Assembly (NCBI RefSeq): GCF_964355755.1
Contig: NC_092677.1
Span: 14,778,101-14,842,100 of the forward strand
Length of the DNA stretch: 64,000 bases
Direction: 5' to 3'
DNA from: Antedon mediterranea
Taxonomy: Eukaryota > Animalia > Echinodermata
The notes below the pieces were generated by a model. It worked only from the letters and a program-made list of their open reading frames with translations, was not told where the DNA came from and ran no database searches. Positions 37,801-49,316 of the stretch are shown here, in pieces. A program made the translations under genes and the position numbers. Position 1 is the first letter of the stretch. Each line of letters begins with the position of its first letter.

Positions 37801-40800
37801 ATAAAGTATGGACGGCACTTATCAATCTATAAAAAAAACAAGAAAATAAATGTTCTCATTTTCTTCTGAAGAATTTCTTGAATGAAATGAAATGATGCTC
37901 AGGGCAGTTCGAATTGATGCTCAGTCGGATAAACGACATATAAGGAGAAATGGTATGACATAAATGTTTGAAAGGACCGATGCCTAGGCCTATTAAAAAT
38001 AGAAAATCGTTAGTTAGTCTTATGTATATCCATAATTTAAAAAGTTAAATGAGAACGATCGTACATCCAATGGTTAACTTACTTCGCGTAAACAGATAGA
38101 AATGGTTTGACCATCTTTTGACTGTTCTTTTGTGATTCCCCATCTTAGATCTACGTACGTGAAACATATCCCTCTCTCTGTACATGTACGATTCAACTCT
38201 CGAAAAGCTTTCTTAATAAGAACTTCCCGTTCTTCCTGGAAATCCTTAAACGTACTTGACACAAACACGCGAACCTCGCGCCGTTTTTTCTTCGTTCTAC
38301 GTTCGATGGGCTTTATAACGGGAAGCGAGTCGTTGGCTCTGTTTGATATCGGTTTGTTAAAATCTACTGTGGCATCTTCCTCTAGATAAATAAGAATACC
38401 GGTTATTTGCAATAATAACTATATATGTACATTATTCATATATTTGACATATTGATCATGTATTACCTTGAAAAAAAAAGATTGAAAGTTAGGCTACACA
38501 ACACATTTGACAAATGCTGTGATTGTGTGGAAGCTACTTGAAATTTCAGAAACTCATGTCATGCCATACATCGATGATCATAATACTAATAATACAAGTA
38601 GTACATACCTTCATCCTGTTGAATTTCAATCAAAGATTCGCCATGTTCTTCTAGTAACCCTCTGACAACTTGGTCAATACTTTTGTCATTCTCTCCACCT
38701 ATGATATCTTCGTAAACGTCACCGGCAGCAGCCGTTGTCTCGCTTTTAACACGTAAACAAGCGGTTGATATCATAACACCAAAATGTCCCGCCCAATATT
38801 TATCATCTCTACCTATGATTTTAATATAAATCAATCAAAATAACTAAACAGTCTTAAATCTTCCACGGTGTCTTTCAGAGGCGAAATATTATTAAGTCAT
38901 ATAAGCAATTATAAATGCACATTTTTTTCTATGACAGTTAGGCCTAATGATTTTTACCGTTTTACTTGTTTTATGTGATTTTGATCAAATAAATGAATAA
39001 GATGGAAATGTACTGAACAAAACTAGCAGACGAAAACAGTAGGACTGAACTGAATGGCAATCGGGAGAAAAAGAGAGGCAGATCCAATGTGATTTTGGCA
39101 AGAGACCATGAGAGATGGAGAGAATATGTTATGGCCGTATGTTTCCGTTTTCAGTTTCAGTTAATTTTCTATATTTTGATAAACAATAACAAACAACAAA
39201 CATATGTAGATAATATGAAAGGATGAACAAAAAAGAGTCACGAAGAGAAGGTAGATGAGGTGTGAGATGAAAAACAAAAACAAACGTACGTAGAATTAAA
39301 ATGCAAAAACCTACCAGTAGTTTGAAAGGAGATAAGCCGAAGACCTTTTCCATAATCTTTGAACGCAAAAATCTCACGAATCCATTCTGAATGCGTTATG
39401 CTTCCCTGTTCACCTGTTGTTTTGCTCGCAATAGTATCACCATCAGCATTCATAAGCGTAATGGTTAGCGAATAGTAGCCTCCGCCACATGTTCCGGCAC
39501 GGAACGATTCTGAGGCCTATCGAAAAGTAAACAAATTAATAAAAAATAAAATAAAATAATAACATATAAATGGTACGAAAAGTGGAATGACAGTAGTAGT
39601 AATAATGGAAGCGAAGAAGGAACATTTTAGTTGTACTGTATGTTCAAATTGATGGCCTGCCTTCCTGTGAAATTCCTTAAATTGAGAAAAAAACAAGACA
39701 CCGTTAAGTGTACATTAGAAATGTTAACCAACATAGTTAGGCCTAACATACCTGAATTTCCGGACATGAGTCCAAATGTTCTGCTGAAAAATGAGACAGA
39801 AGATTGATTTCTTGATTTTTTACGCAATTCATATGCGAAGAAACGAACTCTACAAGATAACACGAAGAATTGATCAAGTTAAATTATGTATGTTAATTAA
39901 CAACTTTTTAAAACTGTACAATAATTAATATGAGATTGACCCATTGGTAAAAGAAAGTGCCTATCTCTAGGCAATTTAGTTTTGGGTAAATGTAGGCTAC
40001 AGTTAACTTGGTTCACACACATCCTGCTAGTCTATTGCATGTTGATGAATAATCAAGTTTTAGATTGTGGTAGTTTTATTTCGCACACTTGAGTACCAAA
40101 TTTCCTAGTACTAGTACTTACTGGTTTCGGTATTGTCTCCTCCACTATGAATGACCCAGTCGCCAGCATAATTCCAGCTAGACATATCGGCTGCCTGTCC
40201 AGGATAAACAGAAGAGGAACGTTTATTAAAGCATAGGAAACGGTGTATAAACATTATCATTAATACTACTAGTGTACAAACTTACCTCACCAGATGCATT
40301 TTCCAATAAATTTGATGACCACCCGGCAATTTTTATCTCTTTCTTTGACAGGGTGCGATTTAAAGGAACCAAATTATCTGCTAACTGAGAATAATCAAAA
40401 ATAATAGTTTGTAATAAGCATCAGTCATACAAAATGGAAAGAAATTAAGTTAAGACTTTAACAGTTTACCTATAATTCAACATTTATTAGTTTCTATCAA
40501 TGGTAAAGCAATATCAATAAAAAGAGTGGTAAGTATAATGAGACAATACAAAAAAATACAATTAATTTAATTGCGGCATAGATTATACTAATGATACTCT
40601 GGAAGAGGTTAATTTGCATAAATCAAATGTCATGGTATTTTGCGAGATGTCCATACCAGTCCATCATCATCATAATGCCTTACATGTTGAAAGTAGAGTT
40701 TTGTCAAGTCAGTATACCATTTGCTTATAGTTTTGAGTGACATAATTAAATGTGTAAAAACGCATTACCTCTAGTTTGCTCTTGACTTCTTCAGCTAACT

Positions 40801-43800
40801 CATCTTCTGAAGGTTTCGGTTCAACATACGTTTTATCTGTAACAACCAGTGCCGACAATCTTGCACCAGGTCCATTGTTAACTTGATAAAATTAAAAATG
40901 CATTAATAAAATCTTTGGAACTTACCAGTGTTCATTTTAACTTATTGAAGTATCAACTCAAACCATAAATTAATGAATATGCATTAATCCCTGTTCAGAC
41001 ATTCTTTTGATTTGTGAGGATTCTTTTTACTATGGACTAAAGTACAACTGTTTATTAAATGTATACTTTTCCTTGTTTTGGTAAACTATTGTTATATCTG
41101 CCTTACCCGCTCCAAACAACATTTTCAATTTCTTGTTGTCGACTTTTGTCTCAATATCTGTAAACTTTAGTGACAGTCCCGGTACCTTTTCACGTAATTT
41201 CTCCGTTGTCTCCGTTACCTGTACAATAGTTAATCAATGAAAAAATTTGTTTTCAATTGTTTCAACAGAGTGCATTTTTCAGTAGTTGGTACAGTTTTAA
41301 TTTGAATACTGTACATTATTGTGACATTATACGCACCTGAGCTGCTACGTTTTCTTTTTGAATAATCAACTCATCGATGAATGCTAAGTTTTTGCTGACG
41401 CCATACAACCTCACATTATATGTTCCATTTGGCACGTCAAACTATGGAGAAAAAAACCCTAAACATTTTAAAACACATAATCCAAAAAGTTAGTTAATAA
41501 ATATAGTTTGTTCTTTGATCAATTCATTTAGAACATTGTTTCATCAGGAGAACAGTCAGTGGATGTGACCTAGGTTTTGATAAAGCCGATGGACAAATTA
41601 TAAACAAGGAAAGTTGGTATGGGTGTGTTTGATATGAGATTTTAGTCATAATAAATTTTTTCGGTAACAACATGTAAAATAGTTTATGTAAAATTTAAAC
41701 ATATTTTAGGGGATATGTAGGAGTATTCCGTTTGCCCACTGCATCATTCATTCACTACTAACCTCAAATTCCATTTCATCAAGAAATGAAGGATGTGTGC
41801 CATTACTGGTACCTCCGATGAATCCATCGTGAGTGTTTCCAATGACAGCAGTTAGTCTGTGTTCTGGTACAATATCAACAAACTTTCTAACACCTTGTAG
41901 ACCTGACAGATAAGATCGAATAATAAACAAGAAATATTTCTTACAAAAAACGCTGCTCGCTTATTGAAAAATATTTTTAATTTTAAATGTTTTTGAATGT
42001 GTCAATTTATTGTCACATAGGCCTAATAGTTATTTTACATGAAAAAAAATGTAATTTAAAGCAACAAATACTTAAATTGTCTGTCAGACAATGGTTTTGG
42101 GGTTTCTTTTCTCTTTATTTATGTGAATAAATATAATTTTTTTGTTACAGAAATGAATACTCAATTTCTGTCACTTTAGTTAATTGTATTGCTAAGGTCA
42201 AGCCAGGGGTCACTTCTTCACCCTAGATATTTTAAGTGTGAAGTATCCTATTAAAAACACAAACTTTAATGGACTGTTTCGATAATATTTCAATGAATAT
42301 CTGACACTGAATTACAGTCAAAAGTCAGTATTACAGTCAAATGGGACTCATAAATACAAGAAATGCTTTGGGATTTGTAATTTTAGCATGACATGTCATA
42401 ATAGACTCTTTTCCCAGACTTTGTTGAGTCTAGCAGCTGGAAATCTATAAATTATAGTGTAGTTTCCATTTTCGCAAAACTGTCGTCCTTAGAACTATAA
42501 CTGCTGCTTGCTTTAGCTTCTGATTGAGTAGTCCTAATGGGATGTAGCGGGCTAGAGCAGCAGCGTAAAAAATATTATAGTATAGTATTCAATATTTAAT
42601 AGTGAATGTCTATATAGAATATTCTTGTGTAAATCACAAACATTGTATTTGGCGTCGTGATGGATAAAAGAAACACAGTAACAATGTGGAATAAGAATTC
42701 AATATCAACCAACCACCATATTAAATATGTAATGTAACATACTTACCATGTTTTTCGTGCATCTTGAATAGTGTTTGTGTGTCGGCAAATACGATTCCTG
42801 AGAGTGACTCATAAGCTGGTCCACCAAGATTTATTGCCACATGTACACCTCTTGGTTGTATGGTCATGGTATGGGGTGATCCTTGGATTTCCTTGAGTTT
42901 TTCAAGATCATCTAAATTTTTTTAACAAAAAATATATAATCAATGTTCTTCCAAAAACACCTCATACTTATAAATTATAAATTGCCACATATTTTCTATT
43001 AGAAATAGTTGAAGTTTTGTTCAAAACTTAACTTTAAAAAATCTGGTAAAAATGTATTTAAATAATATATATCACACATTTGTATGTTTATTTGTATAAA
43101 TGGGTACCCGGTTAGATCAAGACACAACTTTGCGCTAATTACTAGCTGCAATATGGAAGTATGTTTCCATACGTGTTTGAGCCAAAAAAATGACTGGGGT
43201 AATAATGTTCAGCGCTTAGAGGTTTCATTACATTAGGCGCTATATAAATCCAGGATATTATTATTATTGTTTGAGAACGAGCATCTTCATTAAGATTAAG
43301 AATAATACATGACATTATTAAGATTGTTTATCTTTACTTATATCTTTCACATATGCAAAAGCTTGTATAAACTTCAGTCCTGGTTTCTTATCTTCTTCTG
43401 ATAACACTCGACAAAATCCAAAACGTCCGTCTGGCTGTTTTAGAAGCTTTCTCATTGGTATAATTTCAAGAACTTTCCCATTCAGCAACAGCTTAATTTT
43501 ACAAGCTTTGGTAATCCAGCCCATTACCTTATCTCCATGAATTACTAAACCAGTTCGTATTGGTTGTGCCTCACCCGTCAGCAAACAATTTGCCAATTGG
43601 CTCTCGTCTACTTGAAAGGGTGAGGCGATGTTTGATAAGACTGTATAGCGACAGGGACCTGCTGGTCCAACAGCTACAAGTTTATCATTTTTAGTGTAGA
43701 TTGTCCATGCATTCCCAGATGACAAATGTCCACTCATACCCTGGACAAATGTACAATCGGTATTACTTTTATTTATGCTGACAATGTACAGAGCAGATGT

Positions 43801-46800
43801 GGTGTCATCATCCTTCCCAATACCATGTGAACATAGAACAAACATACTTCCATTTGGTAATTTCTTCAAATCACTTAGAAGAGATGTCTCTTCAGAACCG
43901 ACAAAGCTCTGTAAGTGATTTATTAACGGTTTCTGTCCTGTCACGTGTACTTTACTCTTTAAATCGTCTGGTGAATTAAAGAACAACAGTATCGAACTGT
44001 TTTGCGGACCATTAATTTTCAAGAAATCATTTTCATCTTTTGTAAATTTCCAAATATCGTTTTTATCAGGTAGAAACACAACAGATGAAAATGGATCTGA
44101 CTGTATTAGGTAAGCATTGCATGAGGTTTTTCCTTTAATTGGAGGGCCACTACAAAGCGCTAGAATTGAAAAAAAGTTCGGCAGATCACTGACTTTAATT
44201 TCGGTATTGAAGACTCCTTTCTTGCTACCTTGTAACAGAACTCCGCATTCACAATTTCCATACTGGGGAAGATTTGATAAAAGATTTGTATGTGACGTTC
44301 CATATATTGCCATTGGACATAGAGCACCAGCACTATTGGTATAGATGACATCATAGTGATAGACTGAGTGTTCTCCGGTTTTGAACAATGACTTCGTTTC
44401 GAAGTGGTTACCACTTGAACCACACCGTACTAGCTGAACTTGCGCCGATGTACCGTTTCCTGTAACTCTCGCAATTTGAAGAAGAGCTGCTCCTCCTCCT
44501 GGCCCTGCATTTACACTGAAGTTTAACTTGTTATATGACTGAACGGGATGAAATGAGTGTGCATGTCCTTCTATGGCAGCATTTTTACCTGAAAAAAATA
44601 TATTTATTGTTATGTTTAATATACAGCTATACGAATAGTAATAATTATTGTTTTCCTATTTAATAACTTTGTTACTCATTCCTGAGAGTTAGAGCAGTCA
44701 AACAAATACCACTATATATAGGTATATTACTAACTGATTGATTAATTATTCTCGTGGCACATTTATGTATTCAATTTATCAAGACAACCTACTGTATTCC
44801 GGTGTTTTAATTTAGAAACAAGATAACTTACCAATAATAGGTTTACGATCAGGCATAGGCGGAAAATTCAAATCATCTTCTTCGTAACTGATTGGTTGTT
44901 CTAAAAAGTCGGAAGAAAAATAACCGTACTAACTACTGTACTGTGATATATGAATATCGTATCCGGATATTCAACCCCTGGACATTTACCCCCCGGAAAA
45001 CTACCCCCCGGACAACCACCACCTGGACCACTACCCCCTTAGGACAACTATCCCTTTAGGACAACTACCCCCCGGACAAATACCCCACGGACAACTACCC
45101 CCTTAGGACAACAACCCCCTTAGGACAACTACCCCCCGGACAATTATCCCCCGGACAATTATCCCCCGGACAATTATCCCCCGGACAATTACCCCCCCCC
45201 CCGGGTAATTACCCCGCGGACAACTACCTCTGACACAATACTCCCCGTAGGACAACTACTTCCTGGACAATACTCCGAGGGCAAATAATCTTTTAGGACA
45301 ACTACCTCCGTAGGACAACTAACCCCTGGACAACTACCCTCCGGACAATTACCCCCTAGGAACAATTACCCCTGACAATTACCCCCGGAGAATTACCCCC
45401 CCCCCCCCGGGTAATTACCCCGCGGACAACTACCTCTAACACAATACTCCCCGTAGGACAACTACCTCCTACCTGGACAATACTCCGAGGGCAAATAATC
45501 TTTTAGGACAACTACCTCCGTAGGACAACTAACCCCTGGACAACTACCACCCAGAAAACTATCCCTTTAGAACAACTACCCCCCGGACGGACAACTACCA
45601 CCCAGACCATTCAACAACCTGACTCTGCAACAGTGTATAATAGCAATTAATAACTATATTTTAATTCGTTACTTTGACGAATTACTATTCATTATTGTAA
45701 ACAAAAGTAAAAGATTGAACATAAATATAGCCTGGTATAAACTGAAGATTGTCACACATGATCATAGGATAGTCGAACGTATTATATAGTACTTCCTGTA
45801 TTTACTGTAAAGAATGGGTTCGCTAATAATAATAATAATTTTTGCGTCAGGACAATGCTTCGACGATAACCACTGGTCTTAAAAGAATTAATTTTTGTCT
45901 CAAATTTGTCATATATGTATTTTTGTACACTTGAAGAATAATATCACTTTTGATATTTGACCTCAAAGTTCACTCACCGAATAAACGGCGATCTTTAAAT
46001 AAATTCCCCTCAACTAAACGGTGACCATGTCACTCCCATGAAACATCATATGGAATAATCGGGGGTCTATTTCCATTAGATTATACCCCCTCCCATTGAA
46101 TAAACAACTTTCTTCCAATAAATGTCCACCTAAAAACCACCTAAACAATAAACAGCCCAGGCCGTTTTTTTCAATAAATACGGTACTTTAAATCTAGCAC
46201 ATCTAGGGTCTAGCGTGCTGTTAAACAGAATAATCGGTTAAAAACGGGTGTTTCAAACTAGAGACCCGAGACCAGAGACCAGAGACCCGGGACCCAATAC
46301 GAAAAGGGAGACCCACGTACGAAAAGGGAGACCCCACTATACGACGAAAAGGGAGACCCTAATATACGAAAAGGGAGACCTAAATATACAAAAAGGGAGA
46401 CCTAAATATACAAAAAGGGAGACCCAATTATACGAAAAGGGAGACCCAAATATACAAAATGGGAGACCCAAATATACGAAAAGGGAGACCCACTATAAGA
46501 AAAGGGAGACCCCACTATAAGAAAAGGGAGACCCCACTATACGAAAAGGGAGACCCCACTATACGAAAAGGGAGACCACACTATACGAAAAGGGAGACCC
46601 TAATATACGAAAAGGGAGACCCAAATATAGGTCTCCCTTTTCGTATTGGGTCTCGTGTCAGGTCTCTGGTCTCGGGTCTCTAGTTTCGAAACACCCGTTA
46701 AAAACAGATGATTTCATTTTTACAGAAACTGGTCCTACATATTTGTCTACTTTTGGATTGGGGGGGGGGAGGGGGCGGTAGTTGACCGGGGGGTAGTTGA

Positions 46801-47372
46801 CCGGGGGGTAGTTGACCGGGGGGTAGTTGACCGGGGGTTAGTTGACCGGGGGGTAGTTGACCGGGGGGTAGTTGACCGGGGGTAGTTGACCGGGGGGGTA
46901 GTTGACCGGGGGGGGGGGTAGTTGACCGGGGGGTAGTTGACCGGGGGTAGTTATCCTAAGGGGGTAGTTGTCCTAAGGGGGTAGTTTTCCGGGGGGTAGT
47001 TGTCCTGGGGGTTGTTATCCTAAGGGGGTAGTTGTCCTAAGGGGGTAGTTGTCCGGTGGGTAGATGTCCGGTGGGTAGATGTCCTAAGGGGGTAGTTGTC
47101 CGGGAGGTAGATGTCCTAAGGGGGTAGTTGTCCGGGTGGTAAACATCCGGGGGGTAACTGTCTAGGGGGTAGGTGTCCTAGAACCATATGAATATATGTT
47201 CTTTACTGTTATCAATAGGAGCACGTCAGTAATTTTTACCATTGTCACGTTTTAATTTGTCTGCTAGGCGTTTGCTGTTTAGCGAAGCGCCAGCCGTTCT
47301 GAAGGCAGTCACTGCAGCTACTTTCCTCGTTGCGACTGGTCCCTCCTTCTTCTTTGTTAAAATAGTACCCAT
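31828..47372 (-). CDS. Paralogue A: ~1963-aa STAND NTPase with N-terminal unknown repeats, malectin-like, FBA lectin, DUF4062, NACHT/AAA, winged helix and TPR (TEP1/NPHP3/NWD/TTC41-like core)
   Basis: 31 GT-AG coding exons (minus strand): 47372-47240, 44900-44832, 44588-43338, 42911-42747, 41902-41763, 41441-41337, 41218-41107, 40881-40769, 40384-40286, 40194-40122, 39849-39752, 39516-39315, 38812-38609, 38381-38083, 37826-37656, 37456-37343, 37240-36959, 36763-36438, 36338-36169, 35883-35804, 35666-35475, 35266-35133, 34966-34882, 34573-34376, 34253-34116, 33804-33662, 33503-33380, 33189-33044, 32885-32765, 32550-32309, 31990-31828. They total 5892 nt (divisible by 3). Motifs: DUF4062 RVFVSSTFKDFQEERE..DLRWG..LLGERYGW; Walker A GRSGSGKS; Walker B VTIVLDALNQL; NPLYL; NFFHDHLRQAVERKYL; kinesin-light-chain-type TPRs (LSHPRVGAILNNIALVY, GDHPDT). 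Confidence 0.92.
38609..40384 (-). other. FBA (F-box-associated, Fbs1/FBXO2/6/44-type) sugar-binding domain exons of paralogue A (B equivalent 56371-57503)
   Basis: Spliced translation NLLENASGE..W..FVSSHMNCVKNQEINL..EHLDSCPEIQASE..CGGGYYSLTITL..W..FKDYGKGLRLISFQTTGRDDKYWAGHFG parallels FBXO2 NLLRNPCGE..FASSFEWCRKAQVIDL..FTDYGPGVRFVRFEHGGQDSVYWKGWFG. No F-box precedes it. Confidence 0.85.
40769..42911 (-). other. Malectin-like carbohydrate-binding domain exons of paralogue A (B equivalent 57584-58939)
   Basis: Spliced translation VAINLGGPAYESLSGIVFAD...VIGNTHDGF...FEFDVPNGTYNVRLY...TKVDNKKLKMLFG..GARLSALVV follows the malectin pattern (INAGGPAY.D..G..F.AD, IANT.D, Y.IPVPNGTYTVRL, V.DG.L.I.F, AKLSAIEV). 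Recognised by eye. Confidence 0.72.
43092..43268 (+). mobile_element. 3' half of a SINE with L2-type tail
   Basis: GTATAAATGGGTACC core end, then AGCGCTTAGAG..TAGGCGCTATATAAAT and a (TAT)n tail. Confidence 0.6.
44958..47185. mobile_element. MULE/foldback (Rehavkus-like) non-autonomous transposon in the first coding-region intron of paralogue A
   Basis: Long inverted arms of tandem GGACAACTACCCCC (~44975-45605) and GGGGGTAGTTG(T/A)CC (~46775-47180) units. A 10-bp direct repeat ATATGAATAT lies at 44948-44957 and 47186-47195. The homologous intron in B is only ~200 bp. Confidence 0.85.
46246..46696. mobile_element. Nested MULE-like MITE with internal 21-23-bp tandem repeats
   Basis: TIRs GGGTGTTTC(G)AAACTAGAGACCCGAGACCAGAGACC; exact 9-bp TSD GTTAAAAAC (46237-46245 and 46697-46705); internal TATACGAAAAGGGAGACCC array. 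Confidence 0.88.
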
Positions 47373-49316
47373 GTTTCGGTATTATCTGAAAAACCATAAA
47401 CGAAATATTACTCCACTGGTTTAATTGACATTAGATTTAATCTGCATTCATTCCTATTACGTCATAATACGTTCTATGATAAGAGAATCAATCTCATTGA
47501 TTATTATGTCAATCTGTTATTTATTACTACTCTTCACTACTCGTCACTCATTCTATAAATACAGTGTCATAGTCGCGTGTGACTATCTGTATGCATTGAG
47601 ATTTACTAAAATATCTCTATGCTGTATTATAGGCTACTGTAACTATTTTAAGGAGTTTCACTGTATGCCGTACGCTGTGTATACCATGGCCTAATGGATA
47701 GATCTAGGCATGTATGTAGGCCTACTTTATTTTACTCTCCTTTATAATAACACCTTATTGTTCAATTCAATGAATGACAATAAAAACCCTTATTTCAGTA
47801 AATGCAAAATTAATCAAACAAAATTTAAGGTCATTAAATAGTTGAAACTGTAATTTTCAGTAAGAAAAATATCATCTATTCTAATTGTATAGTTAAACCC
47901 TAGAGAAAAAATTGACGTAGGCCTACACGTGGTCAATAAATGAATAAATAACAGCCATGTATAAGTATAAATAAGAGCGATGTACTATTTATAGGCTTAT
48001 ATGAGATCATTGAAATTAACAGGATGTGCGTTTTGGAAGAATCTCTGTTAGACACTATCATACATAATGTTTAAAGTGAGACCTAAAATTACAAACTATT
48101 ATGCACATTATATGTGTATTCTTACTAGTATTCTTACCTTTTGGACGGAATATATTACTCGCTATACTGCTCCATTGCCTTCATCATATTACCGTACGTT
48201 GCTAAGCACTAGAAAGCTTCTTGTGTTGACACTTAGCTCGCGTTATTGTGTATAATGTATTATGAATCATTGAACCGTGACTGTATTGTCATAATACAGC
48301 AATGCCGTAATTAATAAAGTATTTCCATTGATGTCTTCATTCTTTTATATTACGATTCTACGGGGTAACTGAACTCATTAACATTTCCTACAAATAACTA
48401 ACCGATTTAGATATATTATGGTAGTTTTATTCAAATTGTAATTCTATTTTCTCCTTTCAAAGTTTGATATTGACAGACGATAGTAACAGTCAGTTTAAAC
48501 GGTTGAAGACTTTTGATTGCGAGCTAATTGTTACTCATTAATGTAAAGTGCTGCAGATTTTATTTTACTTGTTAATTTCCAAATCAAACTATAACATTTT
48601 CATGAATATTGAAGTAAAACCAGGGAAACCAGAACAGTTTATTTCTAATTATTTAATGCTGTTCATATCAATCAAGCAACTGTGATAATTGATAATAATT
48701 GTTTGCTTGATGTCATTTCTAGTTCCATTATTTCATATTTAATAGGATGTATTATCTCTATCTCATGTTTACTTCATACCTATAGGGCCTATTCATTGTT
48801 AGCTATGTTCTACGATTATCAAAGTATATTCAATTTATAAAACGTTGCCCACTGTGTTTGTCTAAATTTAACTCAAATATAATTGATAATATTACTGATT
48901 ACATATTTTTTTCTACAATACAACTAGTATATTTCCAATATATATTTTTATCTTCTTTTATGTATAATCTGTTACATACACAATTAAACATTAAAACGAG
49001 TAATCAATTGCTTGTTATTGCCTATAGGCCTACCTCTTCAATTGAATAGTACGATGTTGTTGGTTGGTATCCAGTTATTTTATATAAGCATTATTTTTCA
49101 ACGATATTTTGGTTTAAAATATATTGGTTGCCTTAAAGTTATCTTTGTCATATCAAATTTAAAAATGTATAAATCCAAGTAATATAATATTTGGTATGGT
49201 TTCTGTCGCATGAAAGTGTAATTATGATTTTAATAACTAAACAGTTATACATTTATAAAAGATTCGAAAGTTATCTAAGCAATGACATTGTTCGTGCTTG
49301 ACAATCTACGAGGATT

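Noticed and set aside
43318-44388. 356-aa and 372-aa ORFs (also 59107-60225) as stand-alone intronless or bacterial contaminant genes
   Set aside because: Both are bounded by splice sites in phase with neighbouring exons in both paralogues; they are internal exons.
46248-46683. Repetitive Lys/Arg-rich ORFs
   Set aside because: They arise from the tandem array inside the nested MITE.
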